Source of the DNA: an uncultured Opitutaceae bacterium
GTDB lineage: Bacteria > Verrucomicrobiota > Verrucomicrobiia > Opitutales > Opitutaceae
Assembly (NCBI GenBank): GCA_964525935.1
Contig: CAZGJZ010000007.1
Location: 43,336-107,335, forward strand
Reading direction: 5' to 3'
DNA length: 64,000 bases
Shown: positions 1-9,529 of the stretch, one piece after another
Layout of the letters: every line of letters starts with the position of its first letter
Numbering within the stretch: position 1 is the stretch's first letter
Translations under genes and position numbers: made by a program
The notes under the pieces: generated by a model
The model's input: the letters and a program-made list of their open reading frames with translations, nothing else
Told to the model about the DNA's origin: nothing
The model's database searches: none

Positions 1-2541
1 GCCTGTGCTTAGGTTGAGCACGGCCAGCGCTTCCTGCCCGCCCGGGAGTCCGAGCAAGGGCGGCGAGCCATCCTGCTGCCCGATCCAGTTGATGTGCGCG
101 GTGACGTCATGCTCGCGCCGCTCCCAGGTGAAAGTCGCATTCGCCCGCCACGAAGCGAAGGCAAACGTGTTCACGCTCTCGGTTTCGTTGAAGCCGATGT
201 TGTTTCGCGCCGCCGAGAAAAGGCGCACCGCGGTGATCTCTGCAGTGAGCCGATCTTCGCCCAGCTTCGCCCGATAACGTAGTTCCAAGTCGACACCGTG
301 TGTCCGGTAGCGGTTGAAATTGCCGAACGTGTCGTTGATTGCGATGACCTCGCCCGCCACGCCGGAAGCCGGCGCCGGCCCGCGCTCGATCCGCCCGGCG
401 CTCAAACGGTCTTCATTGGCGAGGAGGAGATTCGCGCCCAGCGTGCCGATGAGATTCTTCTGCCGGTATTCCCAAAAATCCGCCGCCAGCTCAAAACCGG
501 GCAGAAACGATGGCTCATAGAGAAACCCGGCATACGTCACGGCCGTCTCCTCCGGCTGTAACGCCGGGTTGCCGCCATTGCGCAAGCGCATCGTGTAGAT
601 GCCGAGGTCCGGTCGCTTGGGGTCGATCGTCTGGGTGAACGTCTCCTGCACATCCGTGTAGGCCTGCAACAGCTCCGGGGTGCGAAAAGCCTGGCTGTGC
701 GTCGCGCGCAACGTGAAACCGGGCAGCGCCCGCCAGCGCAGGCCGAGCTTCGGCTTCACCGGATCCGCAAAATCCCGGTAATGCTCCCAGCGCACCGCCA
801 CCATGAACTCCGCCTGCCGCGTGAGCGGAATCGACGTCTCCAGATAGAGCGCCGTCAGCGTGCGTTGCAGATCGCGCGGCGGTCGCCGGGCCAGCGAGAC
901 CAGCCCGCCATTGGCCCGGAGCACATCTGGCTCGTGCACGAATCGGTCGGTGCGCCACTCGCCGCCGACCACCAGTTGCACCGGACCACCCCACCCTTCC
1001 ACGATCTCGCCGCGCGCGCGCAGGTCGCCCATGAGCAGTTCGGCATATTGCAAGTCGTCCTGCTTCGTGAGCATGCGTTCCACGACATCCGGATCGGAAG
1101 GACCAAACGGATTGAGCCAACCGCCGAGCCGGCCCGCGAGTCCGTCCTGCAACGCCTGATCGCTGAGAAACCGGCGCCAGCGCGAGTGCACTTGGTTGCG
1201 ATTGTAAGTCACCGCGCTTTCCCAGTCCCACGTCTCGGCCACCCTTCCGCGCAAGCCGGTGACGACCCGCGGCACCGTAACGGTCATCTCATTTTCCCGC
1301 GCACCCATTTCCGGCAGGTAAAAGGACATGTCGGTGATATCGACGCCGAATGGATTGTAGGGATTGGTCGCGGGAAAAGCGATGCGCCCGCCCGGCAGAT
1401 CGCCGAAGCCGGCCTCCCCCACAAGGCTGATCGTCGACGGCTCATATGTCGTGCCCATGATGCGGTGGCGATAGGAAGCATCGACAAAGGCATCCACTCG
1501 CGGCGTGAGCGCCTGCTCCGCATACAGCCACGCGCCCGTGTTGTGCAGCGAGGGGATCATCGTGCTGTAGGTCGCGCGATCGAGGCCGTTGCGCGTGTCG
1601 CCCATCGTGATCCCGCCGCTCGTGAACGGCGACGGCAGGACGACAAACCCCGCAACCGTCGGAGTAGCCGTGGCGCCCAGCGTCACCGTGCCATCGGCAT
1701 TTGCCCGGCCCGGCGCAATTAGCCGCCCGGTCAGGCCGGCTGGCACACCCGGGGCGCCCGCCGGCACGACCAGATGCGCGGGAAACGTATAGGGCGCGCG
1801 AAAATCAAATCCTCCCAGCGAGCGGAAATCCTCGCTGCGCGATATCTTCCGCGCGCCGTAGCGCACGGCGTTGTTGTCGTCGTGTTCCAACGCCAGCACC
1901 AACCGGCCGCCGCGTGTGCGCACTCCGTGGATCAATCGCACGTTCCAAAAATCACCGCCGCCCGCCTCCATCCACCGGTAACCGGACTGCACCTCGCTGC
2001 CGACGAAGTCGGTGCGCAGCTTGTAATTGATCACCCCCGCCACGGCATCGCTGCCATAAACCGCCGAGGCTCCATCCTTGGCGATCTCGATGCGCTCCAA
2101 CGCCGCCATCGGAATCGAGCCGACGTCGAAGCCCAGTTGCGCCGCCCCCGCCTGCCCAAACGGCGCGACCCGCCGCCCGTTTACCAAAATCAATCCACTC
2201 GCGTAGCCGAGTCCGCGATAACTCAACGAGGTGATGCCCGGCTGAAACGTGGTGGGAAAACTTGGGTCCTGCGCCGTGCCAGCCGCAAACGGCAACTGCC
2301 GGAGATAATCTTCCGGCCGCGCAAACCCGGCCCGCGCGATAGCGGGCACGTCGATCTTGAAAACCGGTGTCGGCCCCTCGCTCTCAGTGCGCTTGAGCCG
2401 CGAACCGGTGACTTCATAGGGTTCCAAGGAGACCGTTTCTTCCTCGCGCAGCCCTATCGTGGCCGCGCCAAGGGAGGTTTGCAAAAACACCATGCACACG
2501 AACGCGGCCGCGCAACGCCGCAAGGGTGGTAATAATAGCAT
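1..2541 (-). CDS. TonB-dependent outer-membrane receptor (3' end runs off the window)
   Basis: Own translation of the minus strand from ATG at 2541. It gives signal peptide MLLLPPLRRCAAAFVCMVFLQTSLGAAT, plug-domain motifs (EPYEVTGSRLKR, ALERIEIAKDGASAVYGSDAVAGVINY) and barrel motifs (SQAFRTPEL, YRTHGVDLELRY). The frame stays open to position 1, which is why it is missing from the ORF track. Confidence 0.85.
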   Translation of the reverse strand, partial: MLLLPPLRRCAAAFVCMVFLQTSLGAATIGLREEETVSLEPYEVTGSRLKRTESEGPTPVFKIDVPAIARAGFARPEDYLRQLPFAAGTAQDPSFPTTFQPGITSLSYRGLGYASGLILVNGRRVAPFGQAGAAQLGFDVGSIPMAALERIEIAKDGASAVYGSDAVAGVINYKLRTDFVGSEVQSGYRWMEAGGGDFWNVRLIHGVRTRGGRLVLALEHDDNNAVRYGARKISRSEDFRSLGGFDFRAPYTFPAHLVVPAGAPGVPAGLTGRLIAPGRANADGTVTLGATATPTVAGFVVLPSPFTSGGITMGDTRNGLDRATYSTMIPSLHNTGAWLYAEQALTPRVDAFVDASYRHRIMGTTYEPSTISLVGEAGFGDLPGGRIAFPATNPYNPFGVDITDMSFYLPEMGARENEMTVTVPRVVTGLRGRVAETWDWESAVTYNRNQVHSRWRRFLSDQALQDGLAGRLGGWLNPFGPSDPDVVERMLTKQDDLQYAELLMGDLRARGEIVEGWGGPVQLVVGGEWRTDRFVHEPDVLRANGGLVSLARRPPRDLQRTLTALYLETSIPLTRQAEFMVAVRWEHYRDFADPVKPKLGLRWRALPGFTLRATHSQAFRTPELLQAYTDVQETFTQTIDPKRPDLGIYTMRLRNGGNPALQPEETAVTYAGFLYEPSFLPGFELAADFWEYRQKNLIGTLGANLLLANEDRLSAGRIERGPAPASGVAGEVIAINDTFGNFNRYRTHGVDLELRYRAKLGEDRLTAEITAVRLFSAARNNIGFNETESVNTFAFASWRANATFTWERREHDVTAHINWIGQQDGSPPLLGLPGGQEALAVLNLSTG

Positions 2542-2672
2542 GAAGGCGATGGACTTTAATCAGCGTTAAGTGCGCCAAATCCATGCGCCAAGGTAATTTG
2601 TCTATCCCCCCTAGATGAAAATAAGGGAGCCATCCTGATGCGGCGCTCCGGTGCATCGACTAGAATCACGTG

Positions 2673-3509
2673 ATGCGCCCACAATTCACCCCTCGCCTCG
2701 CTTCCCTGTGCCTGCTCTTTGCGGGCTTGACCGCCACACCTCTCGCTCGTGCCGCTGAGCTTGCCCAAACCACCGTCGTTGAAGCGCTGCAACGCGGCCT
2801 GCTCAAGCGACTGCCCGCGCAATTCTCGCTGCAAAGCGCGAGCTTCACCGAGGTCTCCCGCATCGACCATTCGGTGACGATCAAGGGCGAGGCCGTCTTC
2901 GTCACGAACGAGGACACCTTCGTCGCCGTCCGTCGCCTTGGCCTCAAGCACCCGTCCGGCGAACTCAATGCCACGATCATCCGTCGCGTGCATGCTGCGG
3001 GCGCCACGTTCACCGCGCCTTTCGACGGTGTGGTCTCGCTGCTCAATCCCGCCCCGCAACTCACGCCCAAGCTGGACATCGCCACCCAAGGCCAACCACG
3101 CCCGGCCTTCAAAGCCACTGTCATCGAAGGCACCAAGACGCACCAACAACTCCTCGCGCTGGACCAAACCTTCGCTGCGACCGACGAGCGCTACCAGCGC
3201 GTGAAGGAAAAATGGAGCCGCTTGCAGGAGTTGGGGGAACTCCTCGCCAGCTACGATGCGTGGGCCGCAGTTCATCCGTCCAGCATGGAGGGTCGCGTTG
3301 TCAAGGCGCTCGACAGCAAGGAACTAGGGAAAGCCTACGACACGAAGGTCTATCGGGCCAAGAAACTCACGGATGGCCGCGCCAAGCATGCCGCCTTCGT
3401 GCAGCTGGTGAAACCTGCTTTCGCCCCCGAATACGCCCGCATCAAAGCCATCGCCGACCCACGCGAATCCGCCGCCAAAGCCTACGTGGAGTTCCTCGAA
3501 CAGCTCTAG
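2673..3509 (+). CDS. hypothetical secreted protein
   Basis: ORF-track 2670..3509 (GTG 2670, ATG 2673). Signal peptide MRPQFTPRLASLCLLFAGLTATPLARA. Composition is coding-like; no family recognised. Confidence 0.6.
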   Translation: MRPQFTPRLASLCLLFAGLTATPLARAAELAQTTVVEALQRGLLKRLPAQFSLQSASFTEVSRIDHSVTIKGEAVFVTNEDTFVAVRRLGLKHPSGELNATIIRRVHAAGATFTAPFDGVVSLLNPAPQLTPKLDIATQGQPRPAFKATVIEGTKTHQQLLALDQTFAATDERYQRVKEKWSRLQELGELLASYDAWAAVHPSSMEGRVVKALDSKELGKAYDTKVYRAKKLTDGRAKHAAFVQLVKPAFAPEYARIKAIADPRESAAKAYVEFLEQL

Positions 3510-3532
3510 CCCATCGCCCGCACCATTCGCCC

Positions 3533-6500
3533 ATGCGCATTTTTTTCGCCCTCCGGGCCTCATGCTTCCTGCTCGCCACCACCGCGATCGCCCAAGTCAC
3601 CCTTAGCCCCGTCAGCAAGCAAATCGGCGCTGGCGATATCGTCTATGAGATTTTACTCGAAAGCGACGTCGCCGCATGGACCGCCACCAGTAATGCAGCC
3701 TGGCTCAGCGTCAGTCCCGCCACGGGCAATGGCCGCACTGTGCTGACCGCGAAGGCGGCAAAGAATGCGACCGCGGCAGCTCGCACTGCAACCATCACCA
3801 TCGGGACAGCCGCTCACACCCTCATTCAGCAAGGCACTGCGGCCTCGGGCCACGACTTGCTCGTAGTTGGCGCCAACAGTTCCGGCCAACTCGGGACCTT
3901 GGGATATCCCTATGTGCGTCCAGACATCCCCGGCGGTGATACTGCCGCGATCGCCGCTGGCAGCAGTCACTCGCTCTTCCTCAAGACCGACGGCTCGCTC
4001 TGGATTACCGGTGCCACCCCCACTCAAATCGCCACGAATGTCGCTTCCATCGCGGCTGGCGGTAATCACTCCCTCTTCATCAAGACCGACGGCTCGCTTT
4101 GGGCCATGGGCAACAATTCCAACGGTCAACTCGGTGACGGCACCACCACCAACCGAGCCACTCCCGTGCAAATCGCCACGGATGTTGGTTTCGTCGCAGC
4201 CGGCTATTCCCATTCACTCTTCGTCAAGACCGACGGCTCGCTTTGGGCCATGGGCAATAATGTATCCGGTCGCTTGGGCGATGGCACCACGACCGGTCGC
4301 AGCACCCCCGTGCAAATCGCCACAGGCGTCACTTCAGCTGCAGGCGGCGGCGAGCACTCGTTATTCATCAAATCGGACGGTTCGCTCTGGGCCATGGGCT
4401 ATAACGCATTTGGCCAGCTGGGTGATGGCACCACCACCAGCCGTAACTCGCCCGTGCAAATCACCACGGGCGTTGTTTCCGTCACGGCCGGGGCCGCTCA
4501 TTCATCCTTCATCAAAACCGACGGCTCGCTTTGGGCCATGGGTTACAATTTATACGGCAGCCTGGGTGATGGCACCACCACGCGGCGCAATGCGCCCGTG
4601 CAAATCGCGGCAAACGTCGCCGCCGTTTCGGCAGGCTCCTACCACTCGCTGTTTATCAAGGCCGACGGTTCAGTCTGGGCTGCGGGCTATAATGCCGCCG
4701 GCCAATTGGGCGATGGCACCACCACGAATCGAGCCACCCCGGTGCAAGTCGCCACCGACGTCACTTCAGTCGCAACAGGCGATAACCACTCGCTCTTCGT
4801 CAAGACGGACGGCTCAACGCGGGCCATGGGCTCCTTTAATTCCGGCCAACTCGGCTACAGCATGCCCGCCCGGTCGAAGCCCACTCAAGTGATCACCGGC
4901 GTAACCGCGGTCGCTGCCGGAGCCACCCACTCCCTCTTCGTCAGGACCGACGGTGCCCTTTGGGCCATGGGTGCCAATGCTTACGGCCAATTGGGCTCGG
5001 GCACACTCTTCAATCGTTCTGCACCCGTGCCCATCGCCACGGATGTTGTCACGATTGCCGCAGGCATCTCCCATTCCCTGTTCATCAAGACCGATGGTTC
5101 GCTCTGGGCGATGGGCTTGAATTCCTCGGGGCAATTGGGTGACGGCACCACCACTAACCGCTTCACTCCCGTCCAGGTCGCCACAGGCGTCGTCGCCATC
5201 GCGGCAGGTCCCACGCATTCGCTGTTCATCAAGACCGACGGCACGCTCTGGGGCATGGGTTCCAATTCCTACGGATTATTGGGTGACGGCACCACCACGA
5301 GTCGCATCACCCCGATCCAGATCGCCACGGACGTGGTCTCGGCGAACGCCGGGCAAGGACACTCCCTCTTTATCAAATCCGACGGCTCACTTTGGGGCAT
5401 GGGGTTTAATAATGCAGGCCAACTAGGCACCAATTTAGTATCGCAAAGTTCGACCGCCCGCCTGATCGCGACCAACGTAGCGGCAGTATCTGGTGGCGGG
5501 TTGCAGACCCTTTTTGTCAAAAACGATCAAACGTTGTGGGCCACAGGTTGGAATCATGTGGGCCAACTTGGCGACGGAACCACCACGAGCCGCTATTCCC
5601 CCGTGCAGATTGCCACCGGTGTCGCTGCCGTCCACACGACTGGAAGCTGGTCCAACTTCGAAGGCGCAATCAATCTGGGGCATACCTTTTTTGTGAAAAC
5701 CGATGGCTCGCTGTGGAGCATGGGATTGAATACCTCGGGACAATTGGGTGACAGCTCGACGACCGACCGTCTCGCTCCCGTCCAAATCGCGTCCGGTTCG
5801 ACCAATGTCGCCGTTGGCGGCAGTCACACCCTCATCCTATTTGGTCCCGAAGGCGTGCTGACCCCGCCACCGTTAATTGTGCCCACTCTCACCTGGACCA
5901 CGCCGGCTGCCATCAGCTACGGCACTGCGCTTTCGCCGGCGCAACTGAACGCCACCACCAGCGTGTCGGGCACGCTCACCTACTCGCCCGCTGCCGGCAC
6001 ATTACTCGACGCTGGCACGCATACCCTTACGGCCTCGTTTGCGCCCACCGATACGGCGACTTATGCCACGGCGGCCATCACCCGCCAACTCGTCGTCACC
6101 CAAGCCACGCCGACCATCACTTGGTCAACACCGGGGGCCATCGTTTACGGCACTGCATTATCGGGCAACCAACTCAACGCGTCCGCCGATGTTCCCGGCT
6201 CGTTCGTTTACAGCCCAGCCGCGGGCACCGTGTTCAACGCCGGCAGCCTGGCACTCACCGCAACATTCACGCCGAGCGATAGCACCAATTACCAAAGCGC
6301 CTCCGCCACCCGATCCTTGGTCATCACGCCGGCTCCGGCCGAAATTACCTTTTCCAACCTCACCGCCACTTACACGGGCACCCCACACAGCGCCTCCGCC
6401 ACGACTTCGCCTGTCGGCTTGGGCTTAGCTTTCACCTATGATGGCGGCTCAAGCGCGCCCACCATTCCCGGCTCTTATGCGGTCGTCGCCACGATCAGCG

Positions 6501-8389
6501 ACTCCAACTATACTGGCACCGCCTCGGATATTTTCGTCATCAGCAAAGGACCGCAGTCCGTGGCGTTCCCTATCATCCCCACTCAAGTTTACGGCAGCGC
6601 CCCATTCGCCCTTGAGGCCACGGCCACCTCCGGCCTCCCCGTCAGCTTCCAGCTCATCTCCGGACCAGCCTCGCTCGATGGGTCAACACTCGCACTCAGC
6701 GGTGCAGGCACCGTCGTCGTCTCCGCCAGCCAGGCAGGCAATGCTTACTATCTGCCTGCTGCGGCGATAGAGCAAAGTATCACCGTGGCAAAAGCCGCAG
6801 CCTCCGTGACTCTTTCCAATCTTGTCCAAGCATACAACGGAGCGGCCAGAAATGTCAGTGTCACTACCGCGCCTTCGGGACTGTCCACGACGATTGTTTA
6901 TAACGGCACGGCCCAAGTGCCCTCAGCGGCTGGCTCGTATAACGTCACAGTGACAATCCTCGACGATAACTATGCGGGCAACGCCTACGGAGTTCTTGAA
7001 ATCGTTGGGCCGCCCTCGGTCACGACCGGCGACGTTTCCCAAGCCATCAACGAAGGTGGCAGTCTCGTGCTGACCGCGACACCTTCAGGGCTCCCACCAT
7101 TCAGCTATCAGTGGTTCAAGGACGGTGAACCCATCGACGGCGCCACCGGCAGCTCGCTCGAAATCTCCAACGTCAACGCCTCGACCACCGGCAGCTACAC
7201 CGTCCAGGTGTCCAACGCCGGCGGCACCGCCACCAGCCCGCCCACCACCGTCAACGTCACCCTCAAGCCCACCCTGCCGGGCGATTCCTCCACTGTGAAT
7301 GCGCCGCTCGGACAGGAACTCGTGCTGACGATGCCCGTCAACCAAGGCACTCCGCCATTCACCTACCAGTGGAAAAAGGACGGCGAGGACATCCCCGGAG
7401 CCAACTCGCCTACGTTGAGTCTCCCCAATCCCACCGAAGCCGATTCCGGTGATTACCAACTCTACGTCACCAACGCTGCCGGCGACGCCACCAGCGGCAT
7501 CATCAAAGTGATCTTGCGGGGTGCGCCCTTGGTTTATCCGTTCGCCAACCAAGTCGTCGCCCCGGGAGCGACCGCTGTGTTCACCACCACATTTGTCGCC
7601 GCGGTTTCAGCCGACCTGCAGTGGTTCTTCGATGACGCGCCCATCGCCGGCGCAATCGACGACGTGTTGACCATCGAAAACGTGCAACTGGCAAACCTCG
7701 GCCGCTACCACCTGCGGGTGCGCGACGCGTTCGGTGAAGCCACGCAGTCCGCCACCCTGAAATTCTCGCAGCAAATCACGTTCAATCCACTCCCCGATGT
7801 GCCTCAAGGACCGACCCCCATCACCCTCCGCGCGACGGCCACCTCCGGCCTGCCGGTGATTTTCCACGCCTACAACATCGCGCAGAGCGGCAATGTCATC
7901 ACTCCGCTCAGCAACTGGGGCGAAGTGCTCGTCGTGGCGGAGCAAGCGGGCAACGAACTTTATGCACCCGCCACACTCGTCGAACGCCGCTTCCTTGTCA
8001 TCTCACGCTATGAAACGTGGAACCAGGAACACTTCACCGAAGCCGAGTTGACGGACCCCACGATCAGCGGGCCAGCCGCCGACCCGGACGCCGACGGCTT
8101 GAATAACCTGCTCGAATACGCCTTCGGGTTCGATCCGCGACAAACGACCGCCTCCACCGAGCAGGAAGTCGCCATGATCGACGCTTTCTGGCACTTCACC
8201 TACAAACGACCGACCGACCGCCTCGATCTCACCTATCAAGTGGAAGCCTCCCGCGACCTAACCACTTGGGTCACGAGCGGTTTCGTCCCCGCCAAAATCG
8301 CCGACGATGGCACCTACGAAACCTGGCGGGCGCGCTATATCACCGAGGACGATCGGCCCGTATTTTTCCGCCTCAAGGTCACTCGCTAG
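3533..8389 (+). CDS. giant secreted multi-repeat protein (BACON-like N-terminus, ~13-14 RCC1 blades, MBG-like repeats, Ig I-set-like repeats)
   Basis: ORF-track 3212..8389. The first 107 codons are Arg-rich and overlap the upstream gene; ATG 3533 gives signal peptide MRIFFALRASCFLLATTAIAQ. Repeats seen: HSLFIKTDGSLWAMGxNxxGQLGDGTT (RCC1); YGTALSxxQLNA...TYSPAAGT (MBG-like); PPFxYQWxKDGE...GxYxxxVxNAAG (Ig-like). C-terminal motif DPDADGLNNLLEYAFGFDP. Confidence 0.85.
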   Translation: MRIFFALRASCFLLATTAIAQVTLSPVSKQIGAGDIVYEILLESDVAAWTATSNAAWLSVSPATGNGRTVLTAKAAKNATAAARTATITIGTAAHTLIQQGTAASGHDLLVVGANSSGQLGTLGYPYVRPDIPGGDTAAIAAGSSHSLFLKTDGSLWITGATPTQIATNVASIAAGGNHSLFIKTDGSLWAMGNNSNGQLGDGTTTNRATPVQIATDVGFVAAGYSHSLFVKTDGSLWAMGNNVSGRLGDGTTTGRSTPVQIATGVTSAAGGGEHSLFIKSDGSLWAMGYNAFGQLGDGTTTSRNSPVQITTGVVSVTAGAAHSSFIKTDGSLWAMGYNLYGSLGDGTTTRRNAPVQIAANVAAVSAGSYHSLFIKADGSVWAAGYNAAGQLGDGTTTNRATPVQVATDVTSVATGDNHSLFVKTDGSTRAMGSFNSGQLGYSMPARSKPTQVITGVTAVAAGATHSLFVRTDGALWAMGANAYGQLGSGTLFNRSAPVPIATDVVTIAAGISHSLFIKTDGSLWAMGLNSSGQLGDGTTTNRFTPVQVATGVVAIAAGPTHSLFIKTDGTLWGMGSNSYGLLGDGTTTSRITPIQIATDVVSANAGQGHSLFIKSDGSLWGMGFNNAGQLGTNLVSQSSTARLIATNVAAVSGGGLQTLFVKNDQTLWATGWNHVGQLGDGTTTSRYSPVQIATGVAAVHTTGSWSNFEGAINLGHTFFVKTDGSLWSMGLNTSGQLGDSSTTDRLAPVQIASGSTNVAVGGSHTLILFGPEGVLTPPPLIVPTLTWTTPAAISYGTALSPAQLNATTSVSGTLTYSPAAGTLLDAGTHTLTASFAPTDTATYATAAITRQLVVTQATPTITWSTPGAIVYGTALSGNQLNASADVPGSFVYSPAAGTVFNAGSLALTATFTPSDSTNYQSASATRSLVITPAPAEITFSNLTATYTGTPHSASATTSPVGLGLAFTYDGGSSAPTIPGSYAVVATISDSNYTGTASDIFVISKGPQSVAFPIIPTQVYGSAPFALEATATSGLPVSFQLISGPASLDGSTLALSGAGTVVVSASQAGNAYYLPAAAIEQSITVAKAAASVTLSNLVQAYNGAARNVSVTTAPSGLSTTIVYNGTAQVPSAAGSYNVTVTILDDNYAGNAYGVLEIVGPPSVTTGDVSQAINEGGSLVLTATPSGLPPFSYQWFKDGEPIDGATGSSLEISNVNASTTGSYTVQVSNAGGTATSPPTTVNVTLKPTLPGDSSTVNAPLGQELVLTMPVNQGTPPFTYQWKKDGEDIPGANSPTLSLPNPTEADSGDYQLYVTNAAGDATSGIIKVILRGAPLVYPFANQVVAPGATAVFTTTFVAAVSADLQWFFDDAPIAGAIDDVLTIENVQLANLGRYHLRVRDAFGEATQSATLKFSQQITFNPLPDVPQGPTPITLRATATSGLPVIFHAYNIAQSGNVITPLSNWGEVLVVAEQAGNELYAPATLVERRFLVISRYETWNQEHFTEAELTDPTISGPAADPDADGLNNLLEYAFGFDPRQTTASTEQEVAMIDAFWHFTYKRPTDRLDLTYQVEASRDLTTWVTSGFVPAKIADDGTYETWRARYITEDDRPVFFRLKVTR

Positions 8390-8406
8390 CCGGCAGCCAG
8401 CAAAAA

Positions 8407-8433
8407 GGGCGGTTTTCAGAGTGAAAACCGCCC
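8407..8433. terminator. GC-rich hairpin flanked by A/T runs; candidate bidirectional intrinsic terminator
   Basis: gggcggtttt / aaaaccgccc 10-bp stem with a short loop, preceded by aaaaa and followed by ttaaaaa. Lies between the giant CDS stop (8389) and the convergent tRNA. Confidence 0.6.
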
Positions 8434-8440
8434 TTAAAAA

Positions 8441-8516
8441 TGGAGCCGAGCATCGGATTTGAACCGACGACCCACGCTTTACGAAAGCGTTGCTCTACCA
8501 ACTGAGCTAGCTCGGC
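8441..8516 (-). tRNA. tRNA-Thr (anticodon CGU), CCA encoded
   Basis: Reverse complement folds as a cloverleaf. Acceptor GCCGAGC/GCTCGGC; D arm GCTC-AGTTGGTA-GAGC; anticodon stem ACGCT/AGCGT with loop TTCGTAA; T arm GTCGG-TTCAAAT-CCGAT; then T-CCA. Confidence 0.9.
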
Positions 8517-8637
8517 ACTGAGGGAATAGCGGAAGAAACCCGCCGCGATAGCAAGCGCAAGCCTTCATTTGGCGGCTGCGGGCCGGTCCGCCTGCACTTC
8601 GGAAAAGCGGGCCAGCCGCCCGCACTCCCGGCCGCAC

Positions 8638-9483
8638 TCAATTTGCCCCGATCGCCTGCACGATGGCGTTCACGTTCTCACCCGGCGGTCGCGTATTAAA
8701 CGTCCACTTGCCCACCGCCCGCTCCGCCGATCCGCGGCACAGCACGGCGCCATGGCCCCACTTCGGGTGCAAAACCTGCACCGTCGGCGGACAATAACGC
8801 ACGGTCAGGCCGCAACGCCGGCGGTCCGACCCATTCGGGTCCGAACCGTGCGCCAGCATGTCGGCATGCAGCGAAAACTGGCCCGCCTTCAGCACATCAT
8901 AAACCGGCTGGCCATACTGGCCGATGTTTTCGATCTCCTGGTTAAGCACGGCCGGGCCGGTGACTTCGCGCCACTTCAAGTGGCCCTTTGAATGCGTGCC
9001 GGGCAAAAACTTCATCGCCGCGTTTTCCACGTCGGCATCGTCAATCGCCAGCCACACCGTCACCGTCCGCGCCGGGGTCAGCGGCCAGTAGGAAGCATCC
9101 TGATGCCAGGCGACTTTCTTCGGGTCGTGCGGCTGCTTGCAGAAGAAATGGCTGCCCCAGCAAACGACGTCCGGACCAATCAGGTCCTGCACGTAGTCAA
9201 GGATGATCGGGTTCGTCACGATGTCGTAGAGCCCGGCGCAATGAACGTGAAAACCATTGATCGAATACGAATCGAGATCGCTCCGGGCTTTTTGCACCTT
9301 CGCGAGCAAATCGTCGAAGTAAACCCGGTTCTGCACGGCCTCCGCCGGCGTGTAGGCCGAGAGCGGCGCAATGTAGCCTTTTTCGTTATAAAACCGGATC
9401 TGTTCCGGCGTCAGTCGGCGCGGCGCAGCGGTCGCAACCGGTTGAAAGCTAAGATCGCGCTCTTCCTTGGCAGGGGTAGACAT
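8638..9483 (-). CDS. phytanoyl-CoA dioxygenase (PhyH) family Fe(II)/2-oxoglutarate oxygenase
   Basis: 281 aa. PhyH-like motifs WHQDASYWPL and distal His (LHADMLAHGS); typical length. Confidence 0.8.
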   Translation of the reverse strand: MSTPAKEERDLSFQPVATAAPRRLTPEQIRFYNEKGYIAPLSAYTPAEAVQNRVYFDDLLAKVQKARSDLDSYSINGFHVHCAGLYDIVTNPIILDYVQDLIGPDVVCWGSHFFCKQPHDPKKVAWHQDASYWPLTPARTVTVWLAIDDADVENAAMKFLPGTHSKGHLKWREVTGPAVLNQEIENIGQYGQPVYDVLKAGQFSLHADMLAHGSDPNGSDRRRCGLTVRYCPPTVQVLHPKWGHGAVLCRGSAERAVGKWTFNTRPPGENVNAIVQAIGAN

Positions 9484-9529
9484 GGCAAAAATCCGTAGAG
9501 CGCGGGCCGGCGTTTACCAAGAAAAATGA

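Noticed and set aside
3212-3532. Long N-terminal extensions in ORF-track entries (3212, 10573, 13664, 27289, 28869, 32055, 38827..39792, 43302, 48806, 55834..56706 and others).
   Set aside because: The extensions are Arg/Pro-rich, overlap the preceding gene or the intergenic repeats, and precede an internal ATG/GTG that yields a canonical N-terminus or signal peptide. The internal starts were used instead.
3900-5800. Regular ~150-160-nt periodic repetition that could be mistaken for a CRISPR-like or tandem-repeat array.
   Set aside because: The periodicity is the in-frame RCC1 blade repeat of one continuous ORF. The repeats are imperfect at the DNA level and there are no unique spacers.
8390-8640. 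tRNA-Thr as a possible integration site for a genomic island.
   Set aside because: There is no integrase, no direct repeat of the tRNA 3' end and no compositional shift on either side. The neighbours (PhyH oxygenase, queA) have host-like composition.
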